Of a stretch of DNA of 43,684 nucleotides, positions 24,808 to 34,143 are shown one piece after another. The DNA is from Candidatus Saccharimonadota bacterium (GTDB lineage: Bacteria > Patescibacteriota > Saccharimonadia > Saccharimonadales > JAXHNE01). Position numbers and translations under genes: made by a program. The notes below the pieces were generated by a model. That model was not told the DNA's origin. It worked only from the letters and a program-made list of their open reading frames with translations, and did not search any database. Each line of letters begins with the position of its first letter. Position 1 is the stretch's first letter. The stretch covers positions 1-43,684 of the forward strand of contig JAXHNE010000001.1 in the NCBI GenBank assembly GCA_034520885.1. The letters are read 5' to 3'.

Positions 24808-26891
24808 TGGCAGGAAAGAAATATCCACTAGGAAAAATTAGAAACATCGGGATTATCGCGCATATTGACGCAGGTAAAACCACCGTGACGGAAGGTATTT
24901 TGTACCGCACCGGTATTAAGCACAAGGTCGGGGCCGTGCACGAAGGCGAAACCACGACCGACTGGATGACACAGGAACGCGAGCGCGGCATCACCATCGT
25001 ATCCGCCGCCGTGACCTGTTACTGGAAAGACCACCAGGTCAACATTATTGATACTCCCGGACACATCGACTTTACCGTGGAGGTAGAGCGTTCACTTCGT
25101 GTGCTGGACGGCGCCGTGGTGGTGTTCGATGGCAAGATGGGCGTGGAAAGCCAGTCCGAAACCGTCTGGCGCCAGGCCGATAAATACAACGTGCCGCGTA
25201 TTTGCTTTATCAACAAGATCAACCAAACCGGCGGCGATTTTTACAAGTCACTGGAATCCATCCATAAACGCCTGTCTACCCGTGCTTTCCCGATTCACCT
25301 GCCAATCGGGTTCGAGCAAGGAGTTAACGGCGTGGTGGACTTAATCTCCATGAAAGCCTACACCTATAACGAATTTTTGGACAAAAACTTGACCGAAACC
25401 GAAGTTCCCGAGGACATGCAAGACAAGGTCAAAAAATACCGTTCGCTTTTGATCGAAAACGCCGTAGCGGAAGACGAAGAGTACCTGGAGAAGTTCCTGG
25501 AAGTCGGCGAAGAAGGCCTGAGCGAAGAAGACATCCGCCACGCGGTACGCCAAGCGACGCTGACCGGTAAATTTTTCCCGGTTAGCGGCGGAGACGGCCG
25601 CGGCGTTATCGTGGAAAAAGTTTTGGACATGGTGAACGGCCTGCTACCAAGTCCGATTGACCGCGGTGCTACCTGGGGCAAGCATCCCAAGACGGAAGAA
25701 GATATGTCCCGCGAACCGAGCGAAGACGGCCCTATGGCCGGATTGGCGTTTAAGATTACTTCCGACCCGTACGTTGGAAAATTGGCGTACTTCCGCGTCT
25801 ACTCCGGCGTATTGAAAGCCGGATCGTACGTGATGAATACTTCCACCGGCGATAAAGAACGCGTGGGACGTATCGTGCGTATGCAAGCCGACAAGCGCGA
25901 GGAAGTCGACCAAGTCGGCGCCGGCGACATTGCCGCGATCGTGGGGCTAAAATCCACCACCACCGGCGATACACTGTGCGATCAAAACGACCAGATCGTG
26001 CTGGAAAACATCACCTTCCCCGAACCGCCCGTTAGCATCGCCATTGAACCCAAGACCAAAGCCGACCAAGAAAAGATGAGCCAGGCCTTGCAGCGATTAG
26101 CGGAAGAAGATCCGACCTTTAAGGTGCAGGTGGATGACGAAACCGGCCAAACCATCATTAGTGGCATGGGCGAGCTTCACCTGGAGATTTTGGTAGACCG
26201 CATGAAGCTGGAATTCAAAGTGGAAGCCAACATCGGTGCGCCACAAGTGGCTTACCGTGAAACCATCCGCCGTGACGGCGTAGAAGCCCAAGGGAAGTTC
26301 ATTCGACAATCCGGAGGCCGCGGACAATACGGTGACGTTTGGCTACGCTTGAGCCAAAACGAGTCCGGCGCGGGCTTTGAGTTCATCAACTCCATTAAGG
26401 GAGGCGTGGTGCCGCAGGAATACATCAAACCGGTCCAACAAGGTATCGAACAAGCCATGAGCAACGGTGTCGTGGCCGGATACCCGGTCGTGGACGTCAA
26501 AGCCGAACTGTATGACGGAAGTTACCACGACGTTGACTCCAGTGAAATGGCGTTCTCTGCCGCCGGCTCCATCGCATTTAAAGAAGGCATGAAAAAGGCC
26601 AAGCCAACGCTTTTGGAACCCATCATGAAAGTCGTGGTGGTCACCCCGGAAGAGTTCATGGGCGACGTGATCGGCGACTTGAATTCCAAGCGCGGACGCG
26701 TGGAATCCATGGAAGACCTCACCCCCGGCGTGAAGGAAATTACCGGATTCGTACCCCTTGGCGAAATGTTCGGCTATACGACGAATCTACGATCCACGAC
26801 CCAAGGCCGGGCCAGCTCCAGCATGGAACTAGATCACTACGACGACGTCCCCGGCAACGTCGCCGAAGCCATTGCCGCCAAGACCGAATAA
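24807..26891 (+). CDS. fusA: Elongation factor G
   Basis: AHIDAGKTT, RGITI, DTPGH, GMGELHL, QSGGRGQYG; 694 aa. Confidence 0.99.
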   Translation: MAGKKYPLGKIRNIGIIAHIDAGKTTVTEGILYRTGIKHKVGAVHEGETTTDWMTQERERGITIVSAAVTCYWKDHQVNIIDTPGHIDFTVEVERSLRVLDGAVVVFDGKMGVESQSETVWRQADKYNVPRICFINKINQTGGDFYKSLESIHKRLSTRAFPIHLPIGFEQGVNGVVDLISMKAYTYNEFLDKNLTETEVPEDMQDKVKKYRSLLIENAVAEDEEYLEKFLEVGEEGLSEEDIRHAVRQATLTGKFFPVSGGDGRGVIVEKVLDMVNGLLPSPIDRGATWGKHPKTEEDMSREPSEDGPMAGLAFKITSDPYVGKLAYFRVYSGVLKAGSYVMNTSTGDKERVGRIVRMQADKREEVDQVGAGDIAAIVGLKSTTTGDTLCDQNDQIVLENITFPEPPVSIAIEPKTKADQEKMSQALQRLAEEDPTFKVQVDDETGQTIISGMGELHLEILVDRMKLEFKVEANIGAPQVAYRETIRRDGVEAQGKFIRQSGGRGQYGDVWLRLSQNESGAGFEFINSIKGGVVPQEYIKPVQQGIEQAMSNGVVAGYPVVDVKAELYDGSYHDVDSSEMAFSAAGSIAFKEGMKKAKPTLLEPIMKVVVVTPEEFMGDVIGDLNSKRGRVESMEDLTPGVKEITGFVPLGEMFGYTTNLRSTTQGRASSSMELDHYDDVPGNVAEAIAAKTE

Positions 26892-26906
26892 GGGTATAGT
26901 AAAGTT

Positions 26907-27131
26907 ATGGAACTAAATCAAATACCGCGCGGCGAGTATGACCCAAGGGAGATGACTACGCACGAAGCTTCCGTGTTGGTGCAGCTGGGAAGGCGTATTG
27001 TGCGCATGGTTAGAGAGCCTTTTAGTGATCTGAAAGCTATTTTAGAGATAGCCGACCACACTGACACGGCCCAGGAGTACCCGGCACCCGAAGACGAGTA
27101 TCTAACTGGTGTACGGTCGATGAAAGCTTGA
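26907..27131 (+). CDS. Orphan hypothetical protein
   Basis: 74-aa ORF with TATAGT 6 nt upstream of ATG. Confidence 0.55.
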   Translation: MELNQIPRGEYDPREMTTHEASVLVQLGRRIVRMVREPFSDLKAILEIADHTDTAQEYPAPEDEYLTGVRSMKA

Positions 27132-27159
27132 AGCGACAAAAGATAAGGGAGTTTTGTGT

Positions 27160-27291
27160 ATGCCCGAAACCGAACCACGAGTTGAACCTAAGAGCCCTTC
27201 ATCTATGGACCAAGTTACGGACTCCGGTCTTTACGACGCGTTTGAGCAAATGGTCGTGACCGTGAGCTCCCACGCAATAATTGATTACTAA
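27160..27291 (+). CDS. Orphan 43-aa ORF
   Basis: AAGGGAG SD; MPETEPRVEPKSP...IIDY*. Confidence 0.4.
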   Translation: MPETEPRVEPKSPSSMDQVTDSGLYDAFEQMVVTVSSHAIIDY

Positions 27292-27300
27292 GGAAGCGCT

Positions 27301-28119
27301 GTGCTAGAAAGAACCACAACTGAAATTCCAGGGTTGGGATGGACCGAAAAGCTTCACCCGAAGTTTGCGGAGAAGTCTCCCGGTCAAGCCATGCATGGAG
27401 CGGCTCGCAGAATTGTAAGTATTGGCGACCCGAGGCGGCGCGCACTGTTTCAACTCGAAAAAGACGAAGCTGAGTTACGGGGCTACTTTGCCAAAGTGCT
27501 CGAAGAGGTTGCGGAAGGTGGCGACACTATGATGCAGATCGGTGCTCACGACGGAAGTTTTGACGATCCGTTTAGCGCGCTCGTGCCTTCGTTCAAAAGG
27601 GCGGTGCTGGTTGAGCCGCAGGCTGAGCAGTTCAAGAAATTACAGGAACGTTACAAAGACGTTTCGAGCGTTATTCTGCGCAGGGAGGCAGTCGCGGCCA
27701 CCAGCGGTTCTATTGTGCTGCACCGTGCCGCCATTGACTCGGCTGCAGAGTTCGGGAGCGCGATTGCCGCTACGGACCCCGAACAAGTTCAAAGCGAAAT
27801 TAAAAGATGCCTTGGTTATCGAGCGGTTCGCAAAGTAGTGTTAGAAAAAGAAGAGGTGCCGGCAACAACCATGGCGGCCTTATTAGCCGACACTATGCCG
27901 GATGGAGCGAGCTTGACTATGCTCGCGAGTGATACCGAAGGTTCCGACGCGCTTGTGGTTCGCGGAGCGGTTGGCGAGCACGGCCTACGGCCACCCGTGA
28001 TCCAGTATGAACACCTACACGTTGATCAAACTACGAGCCGGGAGCTTACGGGGGAGCTTTCGGCAATCGGGTACCAGCTTACAAAAACGCATAAAGATAC
28101 GCTTGCGGTTCTCGGCTAA
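27301..28119 (+). CDS. FkbM-family SAM-dependent methyltransferase
   Basis: QIGAHDG (motif I variant), VLVEP, SDTEGSD, IQYE. Confidence 0.8.
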   Translation: MLERTTTEIPGLGWTEKLHPKFAEKSPGQAMHGAARRIVSIGDPRRRALFQLEKDEAELRGYFAKVLEEVAEGGDTMMQIGAHDGSFDDPFSALVPSFKRAVLVEPQAEQFKKLQERYKDVSSVILRREAVAATSGSIVLHRAAIDSAAEFGSAIAATDPEQVQSEIKRCLGYRAVRKVVLEKEEVPATTMAALLADTMPDGASLTMLASDTEGSDALVVRGAVGEHGLRPPVIQYEHLHVDQTTSRELTGELSAIGYQLTKTHKDTLAVLG

Positions 28120-28265
28120 ATTGCCAACAAATTACTTTACAAACAGCGGTAGATTAGGTAGTATGTTCTAGTAACTCGCGCGAGGGCGTTGCTCGCTGTG
28201 TACTCAGCAAAAGGCAATATGGACCGCGAATATAGTAAAGAATAAGTAAGAGGAGACAATAACAC

Positions 28266-29450
28266 ATGGCAGATTTTGATCGATCAAAGCCACACATTAA
28301 CGTCGGTACCATGGGTCACGTTGACCACGGTAAAACGACCCTGACGGCGGCAATCACGACCGTACTTGCCAAAAAAGTACCAACCGAAGTCAATAAGCAA
28401 ATCGCTTACGACGAGATTGACAAAGCGCCGGAAGAAAAAACCCGCGGGATTACCATTTCCACGTCGCACCAAGAGTACGAAAGCGAAAACCGGCACTACG
28501 CTCACGTGGATATGCCCGGGCACGCGGACTACGTAAAAAATATGATTACCGGCGCCGCGCAGGTTGACGGAGCCATTTTGGTAGTTTCCGCCGCTGACGG
28601 CCCCATGCCGCAAACTCGCGAACATGTGCTTTTGGCTCGCCAAGTCGGCGTACCGAAAATCGTGGTTTTCATGAATAAGATGGACCTCGCGGACCCGGAA
28701 CTGGTTGAGTTGGTAGAAATGGACATCCGTGAACTGCTAACCAATAATGACTTTGACGGTGACAACGCGCCGATCATCAAGGGCTCCGCCACCAAAGCTT
28801 TGGAGGGCTCCGAAGAAGACGAAAACGCCGTTATGGACTTGGTAAAAGCCATGGACGACTACATTGAAGAACCCAAGCGCGACCTGGACAAAAGCTTCCT
28901 TATGCCAGTTGAGGACGTGTTCTCTATCAAGGGTCGTGGAACGGTTGCAACCGGCCGTATCGAACAAGGCGTTGCCAAAGTCAACGACGAAGTTGAGATT
29001 GTCGGCGTTAAGGACACGCAAAAGTCGGTGATTACCGGAATCGAAATGTTCAAGAAATCACTTGACCAAGGGCAAGCCGGAGACAACGCCGGTATCCTGC
29101 TCCGCGGTATTGAGCGTGATGACATTGAGCGTGGACAGGTGCTTTGCAAGCCCGGTTCAATCACTCCGCACACAGAGTTCGAAGCCGAAGTGTATATCCT
29201 TAAGAAAGAAGAAGGCGGACGACACACGCCATTCTTCAAGGGCTACAAACCGCAGTTCTACTTCCGAACCACGGACGTGACCGGCGAGGTTGAATTGCCG
29301 GCCGACAAAGAAATGGTTATGCCCGGTGATACGGTAACTTTCAACGTGAAGCTATTGCAGCCGATCGCTATGGACCAAGGGCTTCGCTTCGCTATCCGCG
29401 AAGGCGGCCGAACAGTTGGAGCAGGAGTTGTAACCAAGATCTCCAAGTAA
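28266..29450 (+). CDS. tuf: Elongation factor Tu
   Basis: [28 protein letters not shown]. Confidence 0.99.
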   Translation: MADFDRSKPHINVGTMGHVDHGKTTLTAAITTVLAKKVPTEVNKQIAYDEIDKAPEEKTRGITISTSHQEYESENRHYAHVDMPGHADYVKNMITGAAQVDGAILVVSAADGPMPQTREHVLLARQVGVPKIVVFMNKMDLADPELVELVEMDIRELLTNNDFDGDNAPIIKGSATKALEGSEEDENAVMDLVKAMDDYIEEPKRDLDKSFLMPVEDVFSIKGRGTVATGRIEQGVAKVNDEVEIVGVKDTQKSVITGIEMFKKSLDQGQAGDNAGILLRGIERDDIERGQVLCKPGSITPHTEFEAEVYILKKEEGGRHTPFFKGYKPQFYFRTTDVTGEVELPADKEMVMPGDTVTFNVKLLQPIAMDQGLRFAIREGGRTVGAGVVTKISK

Positions 29451-29474
29451 GCGACACGCGACCACAAAAGAATT

Positions 29475-29505
29475 AAGGAGTGAGTTAATCACTCCTTTTT
29501 CTTTT
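29475..29505 (+). terminator. Intrinsic terminator after tuf
   Basis: AAGGAGTGA-gttaa-TCACTCCTT followed by a T tract. Confidence 0.85.
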
Positions 29506-29535
29506 GTTTTTGGCGCATCTTGAAAGTTTTCTCTG

Positions 29536-29926
29536 CGGTGCGCGTGAGCAGTATTTATATACAGCTCACTTGCGCTCCTCGCGAAGAACTTCCAACCTGC
29601 ACTCAAATACGCGTGTCGCTTCTGTGTATTTGAATCTATTGAAAAGACGGATCGTAAACTAGCACAGTGTGTGAATCCCTCAGGTGTTAAGTCGTCCATA
29701 ATTTTTTCGGTGCGCGTGAGCAGTATTTATATACAGCTCACTTGCGCTCCACGCGAAGAACTTCCAACCTGCACTCAAATACGCGTGTCGCTTCTGTGTA
29801 TTTGAATCTATTGAAAAGACGGATCGTAAACTAGCACAGTGTGTGAATCCCTCAGGCTTTAAGTCGTTCGTGATTCTTTCTGGTGCCGCTCCTCGTGAGG
29901 AACCTCCAAACTACACTCAAGTACGT
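29536..29926. repeat. 172-bp tandem repeat: two near-identical units and a diverged partial third
   Basis: Units start at 29536, 29708 and ~29881; internal hairpin gtgagcagtat-ttat-atacagctcac. Confidence 0.9.
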
Positions 29927-30037
29927 CAGTTTTTTCATAAGTCACAGCTTATCCGAGCTTGAATAGTGGTGTTTCGCGGAAAAGATTTTAAGCTTAGCGT
30001 GAGTGTGATTACGTAATTGACTTGATATAATCGTAAT

Positions 30038-30328
30038 ATGAGTGAAACTTTCGATTTTGAAAGGTTGTTTTGTGATAATTGTCCAACTGCTCCTAGTGAT
30101 GTAAGGCAAATAGCACAAGGCGTAGAGTCAGAAGAAGACATCGTTAGAGAAGTCACGGCATATGGCTGCGACATGATTGAGCAAACTAATTGTCCTGGTC
30201 GCGAAATAAACTGGAAGCAAAACCACAAAAAATACACCGGGCCAAACTTTACCTGCGGTAATCCTGCTGCTTCCCCGGCAAGAAGAATAGTTAAGGCCGC
30301 CTTGGAGTGGGATGATTTATCCCATTAG
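30038..30328 (+). CDS. Cys-rich hypothetical protein
   Basis: 96 aa with CDNC plus three more Cys; TGnTATAAT 6 nt upstream of ATG. Confidence 0.6.
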   Translation: MSETFDFERLFCDNCPTAPSDVRQIAQGVESEEDIVREVTAYGCDMIEQTNCPGREINWKQNHKKYTGPNFTCGNPAASPARRIVKAALEWDDLSH

Positions 30329-30608
30329 ACTTTCACCGGACTTTTACTGTGCACGTAAATTCGGAGGATTGTTATTCGCGCACTGAAATGATCCTCTCGC
30401 GTAATGTCAGTGTATCCCGTCGGTTTTTGGCCTCACGAGCCCAATTGATGAACCAATAAATTTTGTTGAAGAGGTTGGCCACCGCCCGGCTGAAAATCCT
30501 AGACATTATTCAGGAAATCTTATAAGATAGCCATGTCAATTAATCGTGATGATTAAAAGTCGTCTTGTTTGATCTTTTATATCGGCAAGAAGATGTTACA
30601 TCACATCG

Positions 30609-30698
30609 ACAGGTTGTAGGTTAGAGGTTGTAGGTTCGAGAATATCGCTAAAACCTAACACCTAAAACCTAACACCTGTGCTCATGAAAGGAGCACCA
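30609..30698 (+). repeat. Heptamer-hairpin element in the rpsJ leader
   Basis: AGGTTnn x4 against AA(A/C)ACCT x4, followed by GTGCTC-atgaaag-GAGCAC covering the SD. Confidence 0.8.
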
Positions 30699-31040
30699 AT
30701 GGCAGAAGCCAAAAAAGCAGCCGCGACGGGGAGCAATACCTCAAAGATTCGTATTCGCCTGAAGGCGTACGACCACAAAGTAATCGATCAGTCCGCCAAG
30801 CAGATCGTGGACACCGTTATTCGTACCGGTGCCAAGATTGCCGGGCCGATCCCGCTGCCTACCAAGCGAACGGTTTACACGGTAGTGAAGAGTCCGCACG
30901 TGTATAAAAAGGGGCGCGAACAGTTCGAAATGCGCGTACACAAACGCATTATCGACGTGTTAGAACCCACGCCGAAAACCATTGATTCGCTCATGAATCT
31001 CAGTTTGCCCGCGGGATGCGACGCCGAAATCAAAATGTAA
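30699..31040 (+). CDS. rpsJ: 30S ribosomal protein S10
   Basis: [44 protein letters not shown]. Confidence 0.99.
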   Translation: MAEAKKAAATGSNTSKIRIRLKAYDHKVIDQSAKQIVDTVIRTGAKIAGPIPLPTKRTVYTVVKSPHVYKKGREQFEMRVHKRIIDVLEPTPKTIDSLMNLSLPAGCDAEIKM

Positions 31041-31055
31041 TTAGCCGGATGCTTG

Positions 31056-31209
31056 CCCCGTAGTAAAGCGAAGCTTTCACTACCGGGGTGATGCAGAGAT
31101 AAAAATGTAATTTTCCCCCGTAGTAAAGCGAAGCTTTCACTACCGGGGCGACGCTGAGATAAAAATGTAGTTTGCCTCCGTAGTGAAGCGTAGCTTTCAA
31201 GCGAAGCCG
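31056..31209. repeat. 60-bp-period array of palindromic hairpins alternating with copies of the rpsJ 3' end
   Basis: CCCCGTAGTAAAGCGAAGCTTTCACTACCGGGG at 31056 and 31116, degenerate at ~31175; DAEIKM* codons at 31090 and 31150. Confidence 0.9.
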
Positions 31210-31223
31210 TAAAATTCTATGTG

Positions 31224-31251
31224 AAACCATGTCAACATGTTGACATGGTTT
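31224..31251. repeat. 28-bp perfect palindrome
   Basis: AAACCATGTCAACATGTTGACATGGTTT equals its own reverse complement. Confidence 0.9.
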
Positions 31252-31278
31252 TATGTTTTACCCCAGTTCGTGAAACTT

Positions 31279-31884
31279 TCACGTAGTGGCGGCGCGGGCG
31301 GCGGCCAGAAGTATGAATATTCCCGTGGAGTTGATGACGAAAATGATCGGAAGGAGTTTCCGTATAGGGGTTTTGGTGAGCCCCAACAAGCCCAGCCCGG
31401 CTTCGTCCGGCAGCGGGGAGGCCAAAAAGAACATGCCCACTAATACCGCGATCGGACGGAACTTTTTGGTGCGCATTTGCCGGATTATCGGGGTAATGCC
31501 ATATTTTTTTACTAGCGGCTTAAGCTCGTACCCGACTTTCTCTTCAAAGAATTGCAAGATAATCCAGTCCCCAATAATCGTGCCTGCCCCGGCGACCATG
31601 GCCATAAGCACTAAATTATAGTCCCCGGCCAGGGAAATAAGTAGTAACGTGGCCGGTGCCGCGGTAAAAAACGATACGAACAGTATCCCTAGTAAAAATA
31701 TCCCGAGCAAGCCCGTTTCTTTGATCGTAAGCAACAAACCTTGAATCAAAGCGGTGTCCAGGAGCAATATGAACAAACCAACGATAATCAATGAAAGCAG
31801 GGTGTGTTTGAACCCAAATTCGCGCCACCACCGTGCCGGTCGGCTATGCCTGTAGTGATAGGGTCGTTTTTTTCTTTTTGCCAT
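31279..31884 (-). CDS. Membrane protein, DedA/VTT (SNARE-associated)-like
   Basis: Several transmembrane segments; GAGTIIGD and SPLPDEAG patterns; TGTTATACT upstream. Confidence 0.7.
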   Translation of the reverse strand: MAKRKKRPYHYRHSRPARWWREFGFKHTLLSLIIVGLFILLLDTALIQGLLLTIKETGLLGIFLLGILFVSFFTAAPATLLLISLAGDYNLVLMAMVAGAGTIIGDWIILQFFEEKVGYELKPLVKKYGITPIIRQMRTKKFRPIAVLVGMFFLASPLPDEAGLGLLGLTKTPIRKLLPIIFVINSTGIFILLAAARAATT

Positions 31885-32040
31885 CCGCCTTTAAGTATAA
31901 CAAACGGCTTACGCTAAACGTAACTCAATCGAAGAACATCTCTTTATCGGGCCAATCGCGTGAAGTAAACGAAGCGGTTGTCGCCGCGATATAGTTGCAG
32001 CGAACGCCACGAGCCAATACAGTGTGATATAAACAACAAG

Positions 32041-32068
32041 TTGACAGAGGCGCGCGTGGGGTGATACT
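32041..32068 (+). promoter_or_regulatory. Candidate promoter for the rplC-led operon
   Basis: TTGACA-16 nt-GATACT followed by a ~240-nt structured leader. Confidence 0.5.
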
Positions 32069-32310
32069 CTAAATCGGTATAACAGAAAAAATCTGTGAAA
32101 ATTGGTGTATTTCGGAAGGTCCGTTTCTGGAATAAAACAGAGACGGAAACCACCAAAACACCAATATTTTTGTGCCAAACCATGACGCAAAATAGCAGAG
32201 ATTAAATAGAGGTCCCAAGAGGAAACTATGAATCCCGTCAGAAATCTACGAGTCGAACACATTGCACGGATTTTAGGCGGGGCGGCCAAAGGAAAGGTAT
32301 TTCAAACGGG

Positions 32311-32946
32311 ATGAAAGCATTAATTACACGAAAGGTAGGCATGACCAGTACCATCACTGAAGACGGTACGGTTAACGCCGTGACTTTGCTCTCCGCTGGT
32401 CCCTGCACCATCACGCAGGTGAAGACCGACGAAACGGATGGGTATACCTCCATCCAGGTCGGTACGGAAGAGGCCAAGTTGGGCAAAGCCCAGGCCGGAC
32501 ATGCCAAAAAGGCCAAGGTGATGCCAAAGATTGTGCGCGAATTCCGCGTGGATGAAATAGACGAATCAATGAAAGTCGGCGAGCAGTTTTCCGCCGACGT
32601 TTTTACTGTTGGGGACGTGATTGACGTTACCGGAACCAGTAAAGGGAAAGGCTGGGCCGGAACGATTAAGCGGCACAACTTCCACCGCCAACGCGCTTCG
32701 CACGGTGCTAAGAGCAACGAGCGAAAGTCCGGATCCATCGGATCCATGTACCCGCAAAAGATTTTTAAGGGTAAGAAGATGGCCGGCCAAATGGGCCATG
32801 AGCAAGTGACGGTAAAGAATCTAAAAGTCGCTCTCGTAGACAACGACTTGGGTGTTATCGGTGTGGTCGGTGCGGTTCCGGGACCAAAAAAAGGTATTGT
32901 GATCGTCAAAGAAGCCGTCGGCCACGGTAATGGGGCAAAAGCATGA
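32311..32946 (+). CDS. rplC: 50S ribosomal protein L3
   Basis: KVGMT, DVTGTSKGKG, KGKKMAGQMG, GAVPG. Confidence 0.99.
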   Translation: MKALITRKVGMTSTITEDGTVNAVTLLSAGPCTITQVKTDETDGYTSIQVGTEEAKLGKAQAGHAKKAKVMPKIVREFRVDEIDESMKVGEQFSADVFTVGDVIDVTGTSKGKGWAGTIKRHNFHRQRASHGAKSNERKSGSIGSMYPQKIFKGKKMAGQMGHEQVTVKNLKVALVDNDLGVIGVVGAVPGPKKGIVIVKEAVGHGNGAKA

Positions 32947-33053
32947 AGTACGAAGCACGAAATATGAAACAAGCACGAAATATGAAAAATGAAACTTTCA
33001 GGTTTCGGTCTTCAGATTTCGGATTTCAAGCGACTGGAAAGGAGCACGCGTAA
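32943..33053 (+). other. Heptamer-hairpin spacer / coupled mini-ORF (36 aa, MKYEARNMKQ...GKEHA)
   Basis: ATGA overlap with rplC and TAATG overlap with rplD; GAAR repeats against YTTC repeats. Confidence 0.8.
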
Positions 33054-33682
33054 TGGCAGTTCCCACATATACCAAAGCCGGCGCCAAAGCCTCTGCGGCC
33101 GCCAAGCTGGATAAAAAAGTCTTTAATGTTGACGTGAAAAGCCACGATTTATTAAAACAAGCTTACATCACCTACATGAATAACGGCCGAACCAATAACG
33201 CCCGTACGCTAAAGCGCGGTGAAGTGCGCGGCGGAGGTCGTAAGCCATGGCGGCAAAAAGGTACCGGCCGGGCACGCTTTGGCTCTATTCGCGTACCGAT
33301 TTGGCGCGGCGGAGGTATCACCTTCGGCCCGACCGGCGAAGAAAATTACTCCAAGCGCTTAAGCACTAAAATGAAGCGTACCGCCTTGCGCCAGGCGTTG
33401 AGCCTGAAGGCCAAGGACGATCAAGTAGTAGTAATCGATAGCTTTGAGGTAAAAAGCGGTAAAACCGCTGACGCGGCAAAGCTAATGAAAAAGATGGATC
33501 TACGAAAATCCGTGATCGTGGTCGATCAAGTTTCCGACGAAACAAAGCGTGCCGTTAACAATCTGCCCGATATTACCGTCGTGGACGTTCGCTACGTGAA
33601 CGTGTTCGACGTACTTAACGCCAGCCAACTGGTATGCACCAAAAAGGCGTTGGAGCTTATTGAGCGAGTGGTTATTTGCTAA
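33053..33682 (+). CDS. rplD: 50S ribosomal protein L4 (true C-terminus may run to ~33757)
   Basis: [31 protein letters not shown]. Confidence 0.98.
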   Translation: MAVPTYTKAGAKASAAAKLDKKVFNVDVKSHDLLKQAYITYMNNGRTNNARTLKRGEVRGGGRKPWRQKGTGRARFGSIRVPIWRGGGITFGPTGEENYSKRLSTKMKRTALRQALSLKAKDDQVVVIDSFEVKSGKTADAAKLMKKMDLRKSVIVVDQVSDETKRAVNNLPDITVVDVRYVNVFDVLNASQLVCTKKALELIERVVIC

Positions 33683-33756
33683 GTCGAAGTCCAAGCTGAA
33701 AGCAAGACCACCGGAGGCTCGTCCTCCGAAGCTCCAGCGAAGGAAGGAAGCAAATA

Positions 33757-34141
33757 ATGAGTAAGGCGATGATTTTAAAGCCCCGAATGAGCGAAAAGGC
33801 CTACGGTTTATCACAAGCTACTAACACCTATGTGTTCGAAGTGCCGCGCGGTGCCAATAAACAAACGGTGGCCGAAGCCGTAAAAGCGCAATTCGAAGTG
33901 AGCGTGACCAACGTACGCATTGCCAACAAAAAAGGCAAAGCCAAACGCACTTTCATGAAACGATCCCGACCCGTAGAAGGCCGCCGTAATAAACCACGGT
34001 AAGCGTGCTTACGTGACCGTTAAAGAAGGCGACACCATCCCCGTTTTCGCGGCAGTCGAAGAAGCCGAAAAGGAAATGGAAAAGAAGCAGGCCGCAGCCG
34101 CCAAAGCCGCTGAAAAACAGGCCAAAAAGGAGGAGAAATAA
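33757..34141 (+). CDS. rplW: 50S ribosomal protein L23 (frameshift near 33990)
   Basis: PRMSEKA, YVFEV..ANK; KRAYVTVKEG continues in another frame to TAA 34139-34141. Confidence 0.93.
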
Positions 34142-34143
34142 CA

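Noticed and set aside
29536-29926. Integron attC cassette array
   Set aside because: No RYYYAAC/GTTRRRY boxes, no cassette ORFs and no integrase seen.
31056-31209. CRISPR array
   Set aside because: Only 2-3 units, the spacers are homologous to each other and to rpsJ, and there are no cas genes in the window.
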